In this document: positions 48,315 through 58,099 of the stretch, one piece after another
Position numbering within the stretch: the first letter of the stretch is position 1
Layout of the letters: the number at the start of each line of letters is the position of its first letter
Source of the DNA: Candidatus Limnocylindria bacterium
GTDB taxonomy: Bacteria; Chloroflexota; Limnocylindria; P2-11E
NCBI GenBank assembly: GCA_036001645.1
Contig: DASYUC010000003.1
Location: 21,439-85,438 of the forward strand
Direction: 5' to 3'
DNA length: 64,000 nucleotides
Program-made: the position numbers and the translations under genes
The notes under the pieces: model-generated
What the model was told of the DNA's origin: nothing
Databases searched by the model: none
Seen by the model: only the letters and a program-made list of their open reading frames with translations

Positions 48315-49192
48315 CCGAAGCCATCGAGACGCATGGACTCACCAAGGACTACGGAAGCGGACGCGGCATCTTCGATCTGGACCTGAGCGTTCCGGTGGGC
48401 GAGGTCTTCGGCTTCCTTGGACCGAACGGCGCCGGGAAGACGACGACCATCCGCCTGCTCATGGGTCTCATCCACGCCACACGTGGCAACGCGCGCATCT
48501 TCGGGTTGGACTCTGACCGCGACGCTGTCGCCGTGAAGCGCAAAGTGGGCTACTGCCCCGGCGAGCTTCCACAGTTCGGCGGCTGGCGCGGATCCGAGAT
48601 CGTCGCGTACGTGGCTGGACTGCGTGGCGATGTGAAGGACGCCTCGATCATCGCGCTCGCGACGCGGCTCGACCTCGATCTCGGCCGCAAGTACCGCGAG
48701 TACTCGCACGGCAACAAGCAGAAGCTCGCGCTCGTGCTCGCGTTCATGCACCAGCCTGCGCTTGTGATCCTGGACGAGCCGACGACCGGCCTCGATCCGC
48801 TACATCAGCAGGAGTTCTACGGCATCGTCCGCGACGCCCGCACCGCGGGGGCGACGATCTTCATCTCCTCGCACGTCCTCTCGGAGGTCGAGCACGTGTG
48901 CGACCGTGTCGGCATCGTGCGCGATGGACACCTCGTGACCGTGAGCGCTCTCGAGGATCTCGTCGGCATGCGCGCCTTCCGGGTGGAGATCGACTTCGCG
49001 GACGATGTGCCGGTCGACAGGCTCCGGCGGGTCGAGGGCCTCGACCAGCTCGTCATCACCGACCATCGAGCCACCGCCCTGCTGCGCGGCACGTTCGAGC
49101 CGCTCATGTCCGCGGTCTCGGGCGCGCGCGTGACCGGCTTCACGAGCCGCGAGCCTAGCCTCGAGGAGATCTTCCTCACGTACTACCGGTGA
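48311..49192 (+). CDS. ABC transporter ATP-binding protein
   Basis: GPNGAGKTT, YSHGNKQK signature region, VILDEP. Confidence 0.9.
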   Translation: MTEAIETHGLTKDYGSGRGIFDLDLSVPVGEVFGFLGPNGAGKTTTIRLLMGLIHATRGNARIFGLDSDRDAVAVKRKVGYCPGELPQFGGWRGSEIVAYVAGLRGDVKDASIIALATRLDLDLGRKYREYSHGNKQKLALVLAFMHQPALVILDEPTTGLDPLHQQEFYGIVRDARTAGATIFISSHVLSEVEHVCDRVGIVRDGHLVTVSALEDLVGMRAFRVEIDFADDVPVDRLRRVEGLDQLVITDHRATALLRGTFEPLMSAVSGARVTGFTSREPSLEEIFLTYYR

Positions 49193-50808
49193 TGCTCATC
49201 CGTATCGCGCTGAAGCAGCAGACCGTCGGCGTCATCGCCCTGGCGCTCCTCGTGGCCAGCGGCGGTGTGCTGAACACCCTCGCATTCGTCCAGATCGCCG
49301 GCACGACACCGGCCGAGCGCGCTGCGTTCGCGCAGCAGATGACGTTGCTCGGTGCGCAGCTCTCCTACATGCTTCCGGTCCCGGTGCGGATCGACACGCT
49401 CGCCGGCTACCTCGAGTGGCGCTGGTTCGGCACGCTCGTGGTCGTCTTCGGTATCTGGGCCGCGATCTCGGCGAGCGGAAGCGGCCGCGGGGATGAGGAG
49501 CGCGGCCTGGTCGAGCAATGGCTCGCCGCCGGCGTCGGGCGCGCGCGATATCTCATCACCCGTGTCGCCGTGTTCGCGGCGATCGCGATCATCGTGATCG
49601 GCACGATGCAGCTGTCGATCCTCCTCTCCGCGGACGGCGAACCGCTTGTGGGCAGGGACCTGTTTGCGATGGGTCTCAATCTCCTCGCGACGACGCTGTG
49701 TTGCTACGGTCTCGCTCTGGTGATCGCGCAGCTCGTCACGACCCGCCGCGGCGCGGGCGGGATCGCGGCGGGGCTGCTCATCGGGCTCTTCCTCCTGAAC
49801 GGGGCGGGCCGCACGACCGACATCGGTCCGGTGCGCTGGCTGTCGCCTTTTTATTACTTCGAACGCAGTAGACCGCTCACTGATGCCGGATCGCTCGATG
49901 TCGGTGCCGTCAGCGCGTTGTTGGGCGCGGCAGTCCTCCTGATTACGATCGGGATCGTCACGTTCGCGCGTCGTGATCTCGGCGGGACCGCCCTACCGGG
50001 GACCATGCGGGACAGCCGCGCGTCGCGCTCCCCCTCACGCGATCCCCTCCTCCGTCTACCGGTGCTGGGCCCGCTGCGACAGCAGCGCATCTGGGTCGCC
50101 TCGTGGCTCGTGGGCTTTGTCGTGCTCGCGGCGGCCCTCACCTCGATCACCCGGACGATCGTCGACTCGCTCACGTCGTCGGCGGTGCCGTTCCTGCGCG
50201 CCTACTTCGAGCGTGCGGGGCTCAGCGTGTACGACTCGTTCGTCGGCGTCATCTGGCTCTCGACGGCGACGCTGCTGCTGTCGATCTACGCGATCGTCCA
50301 GGTCGCAAGCTGGTCCGCGGACGACGCCGAGGGGAGGCTCGCGACGATCCTTTCGGCGCCCGTGTCGCACGGCCGTGTCATCCTCGAGCGGCTCGCGACG
50401 CTCCTCGTCGCCGTCGCGCTCATCGCGGCGGCGTCGTCGGTCGCCGTGTGCGCGGTCGCGGCGGGCCAAGGGATCAGGCTCGACGGCGGACGCGTCGCGC
50501 TCGCGGCCGCCCTGCTCCTCACGATCCCCTTCGCGTTCGGCTCCATCGGCCAATTCATCTCGGCCTCGCGCCCGCGAATTGCGGTCGTGGCGCTCTCGAC
50601 GGTCGCGGTGTTCAGCTACTTCGTGCAGCAATTCGTGCCGCTCTTCGGCTGGCCGGAGTGGGTCGCGAATCTCTCGCTCTATACGCTCTACGGCATGCCG
50701 ATGTCCGGAGAGATCAGATGGGGCGGCGTGGCGGGCCTCGTCGGGATCGGCGCTGTCGCGACGGCGGCGTCCCTGATGGCCCTGCGACGACGGGATATCG
50801 GTGCCTAG
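49189..50808 (+). CDS. ABC-2 family transporter permease (about 12 TM)
   Basis: 539-aa polytopic membrane protein, ATGA overlap with ATPase gene. Confidence 0.7.
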   Translation: MMLIRIALKQQTVGVIALALLVASGGVLNTLAFVQIAGTTPAERAAFAQQMTLLGAQLSYMLPVPVRIDTLAGYLEWRWFGTLVVVFGIWAAISASGSGRGDEERGLVEQWLAAGVGRARYLITRVAVFAAIAIIVIGTMQLSILLSADGEPLVGRDLFAMGLNLLATTLCCYGLALVIAQLVTTRRGAGGIAAGLLIGLFLLNGAGRTTDIGPVRWLSPFYYFERSRPLTDAGSLDVGAVSALLGAAVLLITIGIVTFARRDLGGTALPGTMRDSRASRSPSRDPLLRLPVLGPLRQQRIWVASWLVGFVVLAAALTSITRTIVDSLTSSAVPFLRAYFERAGLSVYDSFVGVIWLSTATLLLSIYAIVQVASWSADDAEGRLATILSAPVSHGRVILERLATLLVAVALIAAASSVAVCAVAAGQGIRLDGGRVALAAALLLTIPFAFGSIGQFISASRPRIAVVALSTVAVFSYFVQQFVPLFGWPEWVANLSLYTLYGMPMSGEIRWGGVAGLVGIGAVATAASLMALRRRDIGA

Positions 50809-51841
50809 CGCGCCGGGCCCGAACGTACCTTTCCCGCCGCAGGAGGCGGAGCTCGTCGAGGAGATCCCGACCGGACCGAAGTGGCAGTACGAGCCGAAGT
50901 GGGACGGCTTCCGCGGCGTGCTGGAGAACGACAACGGCGAGCTCGCGCTGTGGAGCCGCAACGGTCGTCCCCTGCTGCGCTACTTCCCCGAGCTGCGCGC
51001 CCTCGGCGAGCTCCTCCCGCCGCACTCCGCGCTCGACGGCGAGATCGTCATCGAGCGCGAGGGCAGCCTCGACTTCGACGCGATGCAGATGAGGCTTCAT
51101 CCGGCCGAGTCGCGCATCCGCAGGCTCGCGGCAGAGACGCCCGCGACCTACATCGCGTTCGACGTGCTGCTTTGGAACGGCGAGCCCGTGCATCAGAAGC
51201 CGCTCGCGGACCGCCGAGCGAAGCTTCTCGAGGTCGCGAAGGGCTTCACGCTGTCACTCACGACGACGGACCTCGCGACGGCGAAGCACTGGCTCGAGCG
51301 GCTCGAGGTGATCGGGCTCGACGGGATCATCGCGAAGCGAGTTGACGCCGTGTACAAACCGGGGTCGCGCGAGGTCGTGAAGAAGGTCAAGTACCACAAG
51401 ACCTGCGATTGCGTGATCGTCGGATACCGGACGAACGGCGAGAAGATCGCGAGCCTGCTGCTCGGCCTCTATCGCGAGGACGGCACGCTCGACTTCGTCG
51501 GCCACACCTCCGGCATCGCGGCCTCGCTCCAGAAGCAGCTGCAGCAGCTGCTGCCGCCGCTGAAGGAGGAGGGTGCCCTTGGCTTCGACCCGAGCGAGTG
51601 GGGCCGCACACCCGACGCCGGGTCACGCTGGTCGCAAGGAAAGGATCTTCCCTGGCACGAGATCCGGCCCGAGCTGGTCTGCGAGATCCGCTACGACAAG
51701 ATGGAGGACGAGCGCATCCGGCACGGCACGCGCTTTCTCCGCTTCCGACCCGACAAGGATCCGAAGGAATGCACCTGGGATCAGGTGCGGCCTCAGCCGA
51801 AGAAGGGCGATCCGATCCTGGCGGAGCTGCTCCGCAGCTAA
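50801..51841 (+). CDS. ligC: ATP-dependent DNA ligase (LigC-type, ligase domain only)
   Basis: Adenylation motif I EPKWDGFRG, motifs III to VI, OB domain. Confidence 0.85.
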   Translation: MPSAPGPNVPFPPQEAELVEEIPTGPKWQYEPKWDGFRGVLENDNGELALWSRNGRPLLRYFPELRALGELLPPHSALDGEIVIEREGSLDFDAMQMRLHPAESRIRRLAAETPATYIAFDVLLWNGEPVHQKPLADRRAKLLEVAKGFTLSLTTTDLATAKHWLERLEVIGLDGIIAKRVDAVYKPGSREVVKKVKYHKTCDCVIVGYRTNGEKIASLLLGLYREDGTLDFVGHTSGIAASLQKQLQQLLPPLKEEGALGFDPSEWGRTPDAGSRWSQGKDLPWHEIRPELVCEIRYDKMEDERIRHGTRFLRFRPDKDPKECTWDQVRPQPKKGDPILAELLRS

Positions 51842-53355
51842 CGCAGCAGCTCGTCGCGGGCGTGGATGAGCGCGAGGCGCGCGCGCTCGCGCTCGAGGTT
51901 CCAGCCCTGCCAGTCGGGCGCGCGGCCCTCGTCACGGCGCGAGAGCTCGATGCGCAACAGGATGTCGGCGTAGAGCCGCTGGCTGAGAGGCAGACGCGGG
52001 AAGGCATCGACGAGCTCGACGATGGCCCCGCCGCCGAGCGTCGCGAGGTGGTCGGCGTCCAGCCCGCGCGCCGCGTCTTCTGGCAATCCGGACGGATCGA
52101 GAACGCGCGCGATGTTCGCGCGCGCGACGAACGCCGCAGGACCGATGGCGTTCGCCGCGAACGCGACGAGCACGACCGCCATCGCGAGGGGCTGCAGCGC
52201 ATATGACATGCGGCCGCGAACGACCCTCCACGCGAAGAGCAGCAGCGCGAGCGCGAGGAACGCGATCGCGCAGTTCGCGTAGAAGCGCAGCTCTGTCCAG
52301 CCGTAGGCCTGCTGGTAGAGGTCGAGCCGGTACCAGGCGGACACGAGCACCAGCGCGGTGAGCGCGAGCAGCGTCAGCGCCGCGGCGAGATAGACGCGGC
52401 CACGGTCGAGCACCGCCAGCTCCAGCCCGAAGAGCAGCGCGCCGACGAGCGCGACCGCGGCGATGAGCTCGAAGAAGCCGCGCCGCGCATACGCGCTGTA
52501 GCTGATCGCGGCCGCGTCGAGCGTGTCGCGACCGCCGAAGAGATACGCGAGCTGCAGCGTGACGAACATCGCGAAGAGCGCGGCGACGAGGATCAGTGTC
52601 ACCGTCGCGGTCTCGGCGGCGAGCAGCGATCGCGAGCGCGACACCAGGTAGTCGCGCGGCATGCGCCACAGGGCGGCGAGCGCGCCGGCCGCGGGCCACG
52701 CGAACGCGAGCGCGATGAAGAGGCGTCCCGGTGTTTCGCCGAGGAGGTCGGCGAGCCGCTTCAGGTCGAAGACGTTCTCGAGCGAGCGTGCGAACACGGC
52801 GTCGGCCGACGAGAAGAGCACCGCGAAGATGACCACGAACGGCGCCGCGAGGCCGACGCCCCCGGCATAGCCAGACGCTCGGGCGAACCGTCGCGGCGCG
52901 AGGCGCAGACGCGGCCACGCTGGAACGAGCACGTCGGCCGCGCCGAGGAGCAGGCGTCCGCTGAGCGACCAGCCTTCGGCGACGAGGCGCGCGACGGGCA
53001 GGACGCTGATCGGCACGCCGCTCCAGGCGATCACGGTCGCGGCGGCACAGCCGATGGCGGCGACCGCGTCGAACGCGAGGAGCGGACCGTCCGCGCGGAC
53101 CGCGCAGAACGCCGCGAATGCGAGCGCGCTCGCGGGCAGCCACGCGTCAGATGCGCGCAGGGGGGCCGAGCGGTCGCGCTGCGACCACGCGGCGGCGAGG
53201 AACAACGCCGTGATGAGCAGCGCGTTCAGTCCGAGCGGCTGGTGAAAGAACAGGACCTGCCCGACGAGGCCGAGCAGCAAAGCGAGCGCGATCGCGGCGG
53301 GGGCCCGTCGTTCGAGCATGCCGGCCATGGTCCCGGCCGCGAACGTCGCAGTCAT
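51838..53355 (-). CDS. polytopic integral membrane protein (DUF4153/DUF4173-like)
   Basis: about 12 predicted TM helices; start trimmed to MTATFAAG (ATG 53355). Confidence 0.5.
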   Translation of the reverse strand: MTATFAAGTMAGMLERRAPAAIALALLLGLVGQVLFFHQPLGLNALLITALFLAAAWSQRDRSAPLRASDAWLPASALAFAAFCAVRADGPLLAFDAVAAIGCAAATVIAWSGVPISVLPVARLVAEGWSLSGRLLLGAADVLVPAWPRLRLAPRRFARASGYAGGVGLAAPFVVIFAVLFSSADAVFARSLENVFDLKRLADLLGETPGRLFIALAFAWPAAGALAALWRMPRDYLVSRSRSLLAAETATVTLILVAALFAMFVTLQLAYLFGGRDTLDAAAISYSAYARRGFFELIAAVALVGALLFGLELAVLDRGRVYLAAALTLLALTALVLVSAWYRLDLYQQAYGWTELRFYANCAIAFLALALLLFAWRVVRGRMSYALQPLAMAVVLVAFAANAIGPAAFVARANIARVLDPSGLPEDAARGLDADHLATLGGGAIVELVDAFPRLPLSQRLYADILLRIELSRRDEGRAPDWQGWNLERERARLALIHARDELLR

Positions 53356-53442
53356 CGCGCGCACGAGACGCTCGATGCAGGTAGTACTTAGCCGTCCCAC
53401 AAGTGAGACGACGGCGAGACCGAGGGCCGGTAGTCTCGGGGC

Positions 53443-53853
53443 GTGCGGATCCAGAACGCGCAGCGCGTCTCCGAGGCGATCCAGACGCTCAGCGCGGGCA
53501 CCTCGCTCGACACGCTGGTCGATCGCCTCTACGACCTCACCGACGGCACGCTCGCACTCGATCGCGCGACGCTGCATCGGATCGCGCGTGGCAAGACGCA
53601 GGTCGCCCGCGCGATCGACTCGCCCGAGGAATGCATCCGCCTCTACTTCGCTTTGATGATCCTGGGCTGCGAGCGCGAGCTTTCGGTCACCTCGATCGTC
53701 GACGAGGGTCACGCCGTGCTCGCGGGATTCGTCGGCGAGCCGCTCGCGTCGCTCATCTTCCGCGATCTCGCGGCGACGCTGCCGAAGCTGACCGACCGCT
53801 ACACGCTCAAGGAATATCTCGAGGAGGGTCTGCGCGTATGGCTACCGAAGTGA
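53443..53853 (+). CDS. XRE-family helix-turn-helix protein
   Basis: HTH LDRATLHRIARGKTQ, 136 aa. Confidence 0.45.
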   Translation: MRIQNAQRVSEAIQTLSAGTSLDTLVDRLYDLTDGTLALDRATLHRIARGKTQVARAIDSPEECIRLYFALMILGCERELSVTSIVDEGHAVLAGFVGEPLASLIFRDLAATLPKLTDRYTLKEYLEEGLRVWLPK

Positions 53854-54440
53854 GCACCGGGCGGCCACGCGCCGAGAGCCACACCCTCCGCGCCGAGGAG
53901 GAGCGGCTGCGCGCGCATCTCGAGCAACGGCTGCGCGTGCAGACGCGCTTCGCGCCTCTCGCCGACGTCCGCGCGCTCCTGGTGAGCCGCGAGGGCCGGC
54001 CGAGGAGTCTCGTCGTGAGCTCACAGGCGAGCGTCGCCGAGCGCATCTATCTCTACGTGCACGTCGCCGCGCACATCGCGCTCGGCCATGACCTGCCCCT
54101 CGTGACGATCGTCGAGGGCACGCCCGGCGTCACCCGCTTCTCCGACGCGTCGCGCCACCGCGAGGCGGAGGAGCTCGCGCGCGCGATCTGGTGGGGACAG
54201 ACCGACAAGGGCGGTCTGCTCGGCGCGCCCGCGTCCGTCCAACGATCGGCGATGCTCAGGCGTCTGCTCGCAAGCGAGACGGCGCGCGGCGCGCTGCGCT
54301 CGTTGCTCATCGGCATGCGCCACGTGTACTACGACCTGCGGGTCGAACGCGCTCTTGCGGGCAGTCGCGTCGCGGCGTGGCTCCGCGATGCGCTGTGCGT
54401 GACCGCGGTGGTAAGCGTCGCCCCCCAGCTCTCCGACTAG
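53838..54440 (+). CDS. hypothetical protein, weakly ImmA/IrrE-like with degenerate HVAAH motif
   Basis: GAGGAGGG SD 9 nt upstream; IYLYVHVAAHIALGH resembles the ImmA FTLAHELGH region but lacks the catalytic Glu; 16-nt overlap with the XRE gene. Confidence 0.35.
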   Translation: MATEVSTGRPRAESHTLRAEEERLRAHLEQRLRVQTRFAPLADVRALLVSREGRPRSLVVSSQASVAERIYLYVHVAAHIALGHDLPLVTIVEGTPGVTRFSDASRHREAEELARAIWWGQTDKGGLLGAPASVQRSAMLRRLLASETARGALRSLLIGMRHVYYDLRVERALAGSRVAAWLRDALCVTAVVSVAPQLSD

Positions 54441-55471
54441 GGCTGGTCGGGCGACTCTTTCGGCGGCCGTCGCGACGTTCCGCGGTTCCAGCCGCTCCCG
54501 CGGCCCCGCTCGCGCCAGGCGCGCTGCTCCTCTTCGGTCCACGGCCGGCTGGGGCGCACGAGCACGCGGTCATCGACGACCGGGTCCTTCAGCTTCAGCG
54601 TCTTGAACAGCGGCTTCAGGTCCGCACGGTGCTGCCAGATGTCGGCCGTGAGGTCGCCGACCTTCGCGACGCGGTCGCGCATCGTCTCGAGCGTGAAGGC
54701 CTCGGGTCGGACGTCCGGGACCTCGTCCCAGCGCAGCGGCGCCGACGCGCGCGCATCCGCCATCGGCCGGATCGAGTAGGCCGAGGCGATGGTGCGATCG
54801 AACGCGTTCTGACCGTAATCGACGAAGACGCCCGTCCGGTCCTTCACGACCCAGGTCGTCGTCGCGATCTTCGGGACGCGGTTCGCGACCTCGACCGCGA
54901 CGGCTTTCGCGAAGCGGCGCACCTCGGGGAACGGCAGCTCGATCTGGATCGGCGTGAGGATGTGCATGCCCGATACGCCGGAGGTCTTCGGGTAGCTCGG
55001 TAGCTTGAGCTCATCGAGCACGTCCTTCACCACCATCGCGATCTCCCGGACGTGCTCCCACGGGTTGCCTTCGCTCGGATCGAGGTCGATCAGCAGGTAG
55101 TCGGGCCGAGCCACGTCGGCGACGCGCGAGTGCCAGGTGTGCATCTCGATGCACCCGAGGTTCGCGATCCATACGAGGCCGGCCGCGTCGGTGACGACCG
55201 GAAAGTCCGCCTCGTTGCCGCTCGGATAGCTGATATGGACGGTCTCGAGCCAGTCCGGATGCGGCACGGGCACGCGCTTCTGGTAGAAGAAGTCGCCCTC
55301 GACGCCGTTCGGATGCCGCTTCATCTGCATCGGACGTCGCTCGACATGGTTGAGTGCGTACGGCGCGATATCGGCGTAGTACTGGACGAGATCGCCTTTG
55401 GTCAGCCCGCGCGCGGGGAAGAACACCTTCTCGAGGTTGGTGACCGCGACCTCTCGCTCGCCGACGCGCAC
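54437..55471 (-). CDS. LigD-type primase-polymerase domain protein (PolDom/Prim-Pol)
   Basis: archaeo-eukaryotic primase fold: MQMKRHPNG, LIDLDP, SGVSGMHI motifs. Confidence 0.8.
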   Translation of the reverse strand: MRVGEREVAVTNLEKVFFPARGLTKGDLVQYYADIAPYALNHVERRPMQMKRHPNGVEGDFFYQKRVPVPHPDWLETVHISYPSGNEADFPVVTDAAGLVWIANLGCIEMHTWHSRVADVARPDYLLIDLDPSEGNPWEHVREIAMVVKDVLDELKLPSYPKTSGVSGMHILTPIQIELPFPEVRRFAKAVAVEVANRVPKIATTTWVVKDRTGVFVDYGQNAFDRTIASAYSIRPMADARASAPLRWDEVPDVRPEAFTLETMRDRVAKVGDLTADIWQHRADLKPLFKTLKLKDPVVDDRVLVRPSRPWTEEEQRAWRERGRGSGWNRGTSRRPPKESPDQP

Positions 55472-55511
55472 GCGGTCATTGTGCGCGGAGCGCCGCGAGA
55501 CTACGCCAGGC

Positions 55512-56417
55512 TCAGCGGACCGTGATCGTCCAGTAGATGCCGGGATCCTCGAGCCAGGTCGTTCCGTCGATCACGCCGCGCGCCCGCAGCAGGTACGAGC
55601 CCGGACTCGAGGGCGCGCGCACCTGGAACTGGAACCAGCCGAGCTGACCGGGTCCGACGTACTCGGTCGTCGTGGTCGCGATGCGCGAAGCCGACGGCCA
55701 CCCGTAGTCGAGATCCCAGCGCTGCGCGTCGAGCGGGTCCGCGGTGCCGAGATTCGCCTGCTGCCCCGGGCTGCCGCGGTACCAGCCGCGGTAGCCGGTG
55801 TTGCGAAGCGCGAGGACCAGCGTCGCGGTCTGGCCGGGCGACAGCGTCACGTCGGGGCTTTGCGCCGACCACGCGCCGTGAAACCCGAGGTCGAACGACG
55901 GGAGTGCGGTCGCGGCGTCGACGATCCCCCCGACGTCCATGACCCAGTAGGTGTGGTAGCTCGAGCCCGCGCTGTACGCGCGACCGACGCCGATCGCGCG
56001 GTAGTTCGGATTCGTCAGGACCGCGTAGTGAGCTGGGCTGTTGATCCAGCCGTTCAGCACTTCGCCGGCGCTCGTGTAGCCGGCCGCCATGTTCTCGCCG
56101 GTGTACGTCTGCGGGCCGGGGTAGCCGGCGTCGCTCATGCGCTGGATCGGCGCACGCCCGTCTCGCGACGTGTGCGAAAAGTAGTCAAAGACCGCCATGT
56201 CCGTCGCCATCCACTTCGCCGCGAACGTCAGGGTGTCGGAGATAGCCAGGCGGGCGAGCCCTCGTGCGGCACGGAAGGAGTTCACGGCCGCGACGAGATC
56301 GGATTCCTGCGCGTCCAAGCTGGCGGCAGCGCTGGGCAGCGACCCGGGCCACGCCACGAGCAAGCAGGCAACGAGTGCGGCGGAGACTAGGACTCGCGGC
56401 GTGTGAAGCGTGGACAA
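55512..56417 (-). CDS. secreted CAP/SCP/PR-1-superfamily protein with extra C-terminal domain
   Basis: Signal peptide; CAP motifs YFSHTSRDG, GENMAAGY, HYAVLTNPNYRAIGVG. Confidence 0.7.
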   Translation of the reverse strand: MSTLHTPRVLVSAALVACLLVAWPGSLPSAAASLDAQESDLVAAVNSFRAARGLARLAISDTLTFAAKWMATDMAVFDYFSHTSRDGRAPIQRMSDAGYPGPQTYTGENMAAGYTSAGEVLNGWINSPAHYAVLTNPNYRAIGVGRAYSAGSSYHTYWVMDVGGIVDAATALPSFDLGFHGAWSAQSPDVTLSPGQTATLVLALRNTGYRGWYRGSPGQQANLGTADPLDAQRWDLDYGWPSASRIATTTTEYVGPGQLGWFQFQVRAPSSPGSYLLRARGVIDGTTWLEDPGIYWTITVR

Positions 56418-56547
56418 CCGTTCCCCTCCTCACCCGGTCCTCACACCGGGCTCGTTGGGTCAACGGAGGGGGCACGAAGGTGATGCGGTCGTCCTACGGT
56501 TTCGTCCGCTGGACGAACGACAAGCCGTCACAGCGCCCGGTCGGCCG

Positions 56548-57063
56548 CTATCGCATCCTCGTTGCGCCCGCGGTGGCGATCCAGGCGCGCGCTGTCGCGT
56601 GGAGCGACGCATACGCGTCCCAGGTCGACCGCGCCCATCGCCGCAGAGCTTCGCCGTATCTCACCGGATCGTCGGCGCCGACCAGCTCGCGGATCGTGGT
56701 CGCACCGTAGGTGGGTGGCAGCGCAGGCTTCGCGATCGGCGACGGCCCGCTGAGCCACCGCTGCACCGCCGCGTTCACGGACTGTGCATCGTGCTCGTCG
56801 TCGAGCCAGGCGCACAACCCGGTCAGATGCGCCGCGAACGATTTCGCCGAGCGACCGTAGCGGTCGGGATGCTGCAAGGCATAGACGTCGACGACGACCC
56901 GGTGATAGCGCGCGAAGCGCATGTCCTCGTACTCGCGCAGACCGATCGATTCGAAGAGGCGCTGACAGCCCTCCGCCCCGTCCGCGACCGCCAGGCCGCA
57001 GCTGGCGCAGACCTCGTTGGCGAGGCCCGGTCCGATCCCGCGGATGCCCGGCGCGACTTCCAC
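56548..57063 (-). CDS. hypothetical Cys-containing protein
   Basis: VAPGIRGIGPGLANEVCASCGLAVADGAEGC...; start trimmed to GTG 57063; the overlapping + ORF 56410..57150 is Arg-rich and discarded. Confidence 0.4.
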   Translation of the reverse strand: MEVAPGIRGIGPGLANEVCASCGLAVADGAEGCQRLFESIGLREYEDMRFARYHRVVVDVYALQHPDRYGRSAKSFAAHLTGLCAWLDDEHDAQSVNAAVQRWLSGPSPIAKPALPPTYGATTIRELVGADDPVRYGEALRRWARSTWDAYASLHATARAWIATAGATRMR

Positions 57064-57080
57064 GCCGGTAGTCTGACGCG

Positions 57081-57608
57081 ATGCCGGTCCAGCATCGCAG
57101 CGAACGGATCGCTGCTCCACGTCTTCGGACGATCGCGAAGCGGCTGCTGAACGCATCGACGCTGTGCGCGATATCGACGGTCTCGGCCGGCGGCCGGCCG
57201 CACGTCAACACCACCTACTTCGCGTGGAGCCCGGCGCTCGAGATCGTGTGGCTGTCGGCGCCCGAGGCGCGGCATTCGCGGAACATCGGGCGCCAGCCAT
57301 CGGTCGCGCTGGCGGTATACGACTCGACGCAGACGTGGGGAGGCTTCGATCGTGGCATCCAGCTGTTCGGTACCGCGAGCGAGTTGACCGGACGCGCGGC
57401 GCGCGACGCGGCACGACTCTACGGCAGACGGTTCAAGGCATATTCAGCCGACGAGCTGCGCGCGTACCGCTTCTACCGATTCCGTCCGCGAGCGCTGAAG
57501 CTGTTCCACGAGCGCGCGCTCGGCGGCGGCACGTTCGTGACCGCGAAGGTCTCGCGCGATGGTCGTTTGGCATGGGAGCGCACCGAGAGCTACGTGAGCT
57601 CGGCCTGA
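57081..57608 (+). CDS. pyridoxamine 5'-phosphate oxidase-family (FMN-binding split-barrel) protein
   Basis: LCAISTVSAGGRPHVNTTYFAW..EIVWLS. Confidence 0.7.
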   Translation: MPVQHRSERIAAPRLRTIAKRLLNASTLCAISTVSAGGRPHVNTTYFAWSPALEIVWLSAPEARHSRNIGRQPSVALAVYDSTQTWGGFDRGIQLFGTASELTGRAARDAARLYGRRFKAYSADELRAYRFYRFRPRALKLFHERALGGGTFVTAKVSRDGRLAWERTESYVSSA

Positions 57609-57634
57609 TACCCCGCACTAGATTGAGCGCAGCC

Positions 57635-58099
57635 ATGAGCTTCATCGCGCTCAAGTTCCTGCACATCGCTTTCATGTTCATGGGCGCCGCGTTCGCGGTC
57701 GGACCCGCTGCTCTCATCTATCTGATCGCACGATCGGCCGATGCAGCGGCGATCCGCCGGTCCTTCGCGCTCGCGGAGCGCATCTTCCAGATCAGCACCG
57801 CGAGCTACGGACTGGGCATTGTCTCGGGATTTGTCGCCGCGCTTGTCGGAAGCCTCGACCTCACCGCGTCATGGCTCATCACCGCGTACGTTCTGGTGGC
57901 GCTGCTGGGCGTCGACGGCACGCTGTTCGACCTGTGGTCGAAGGACGTCGCCCACGACTTTGCCTCGAACGACGGAGGTGACGCCACTCGTATCGACCGC
58001 CTCCGGCACGACCGGCGACCGGTCTACCTGCTGGGCGCGATGGTCGTCCTGATCGTCGCCGTCGTCTTCGTCATGGTCACCAAGCTCAGCATCTTCTAG
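57635..58099 (+). CDS. DUF2269-like membrane protein (4 TM)
   Basis: 154 aa hydrophobic, ATG 57635. Confidence 0.45.
   Translation: MSFIALKFLHIAFMFMGAAFAVGPAALIYLIARSADAAAIRRSFALAERIFQISTASYGLGIVSGFVAALVGSLDLTASWLITAYVLVALLGVDGTLFDLWSKDVAHDFASNDGGDATRIDRLRHDRRPVYLLGAMVVLIVAVVFVMVTKLSIF

Noticed and set aside
51932-53143. 403-aa minus-strand Arg-rich ORF
   Set aside because: Alternate frame of the polytopic membrane protein gene 51838..53355.
53403-53837. N-terminal 145 codons of the listed 345-aa ORF (MRRRRDRG...)
   Set aside because: Arg-rich extension with no plausible start context. The real gene in this frame begins at ATG 53838 with a GAGGAGGG SD, and the region is better explained by the XRE gene 53443..53853 in another frame.
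56410-57150. 246-aa plus-strand ORF
   Set aside because: Arg-rich and antisense to the more protein-like minus-strand gene 56548..57063.
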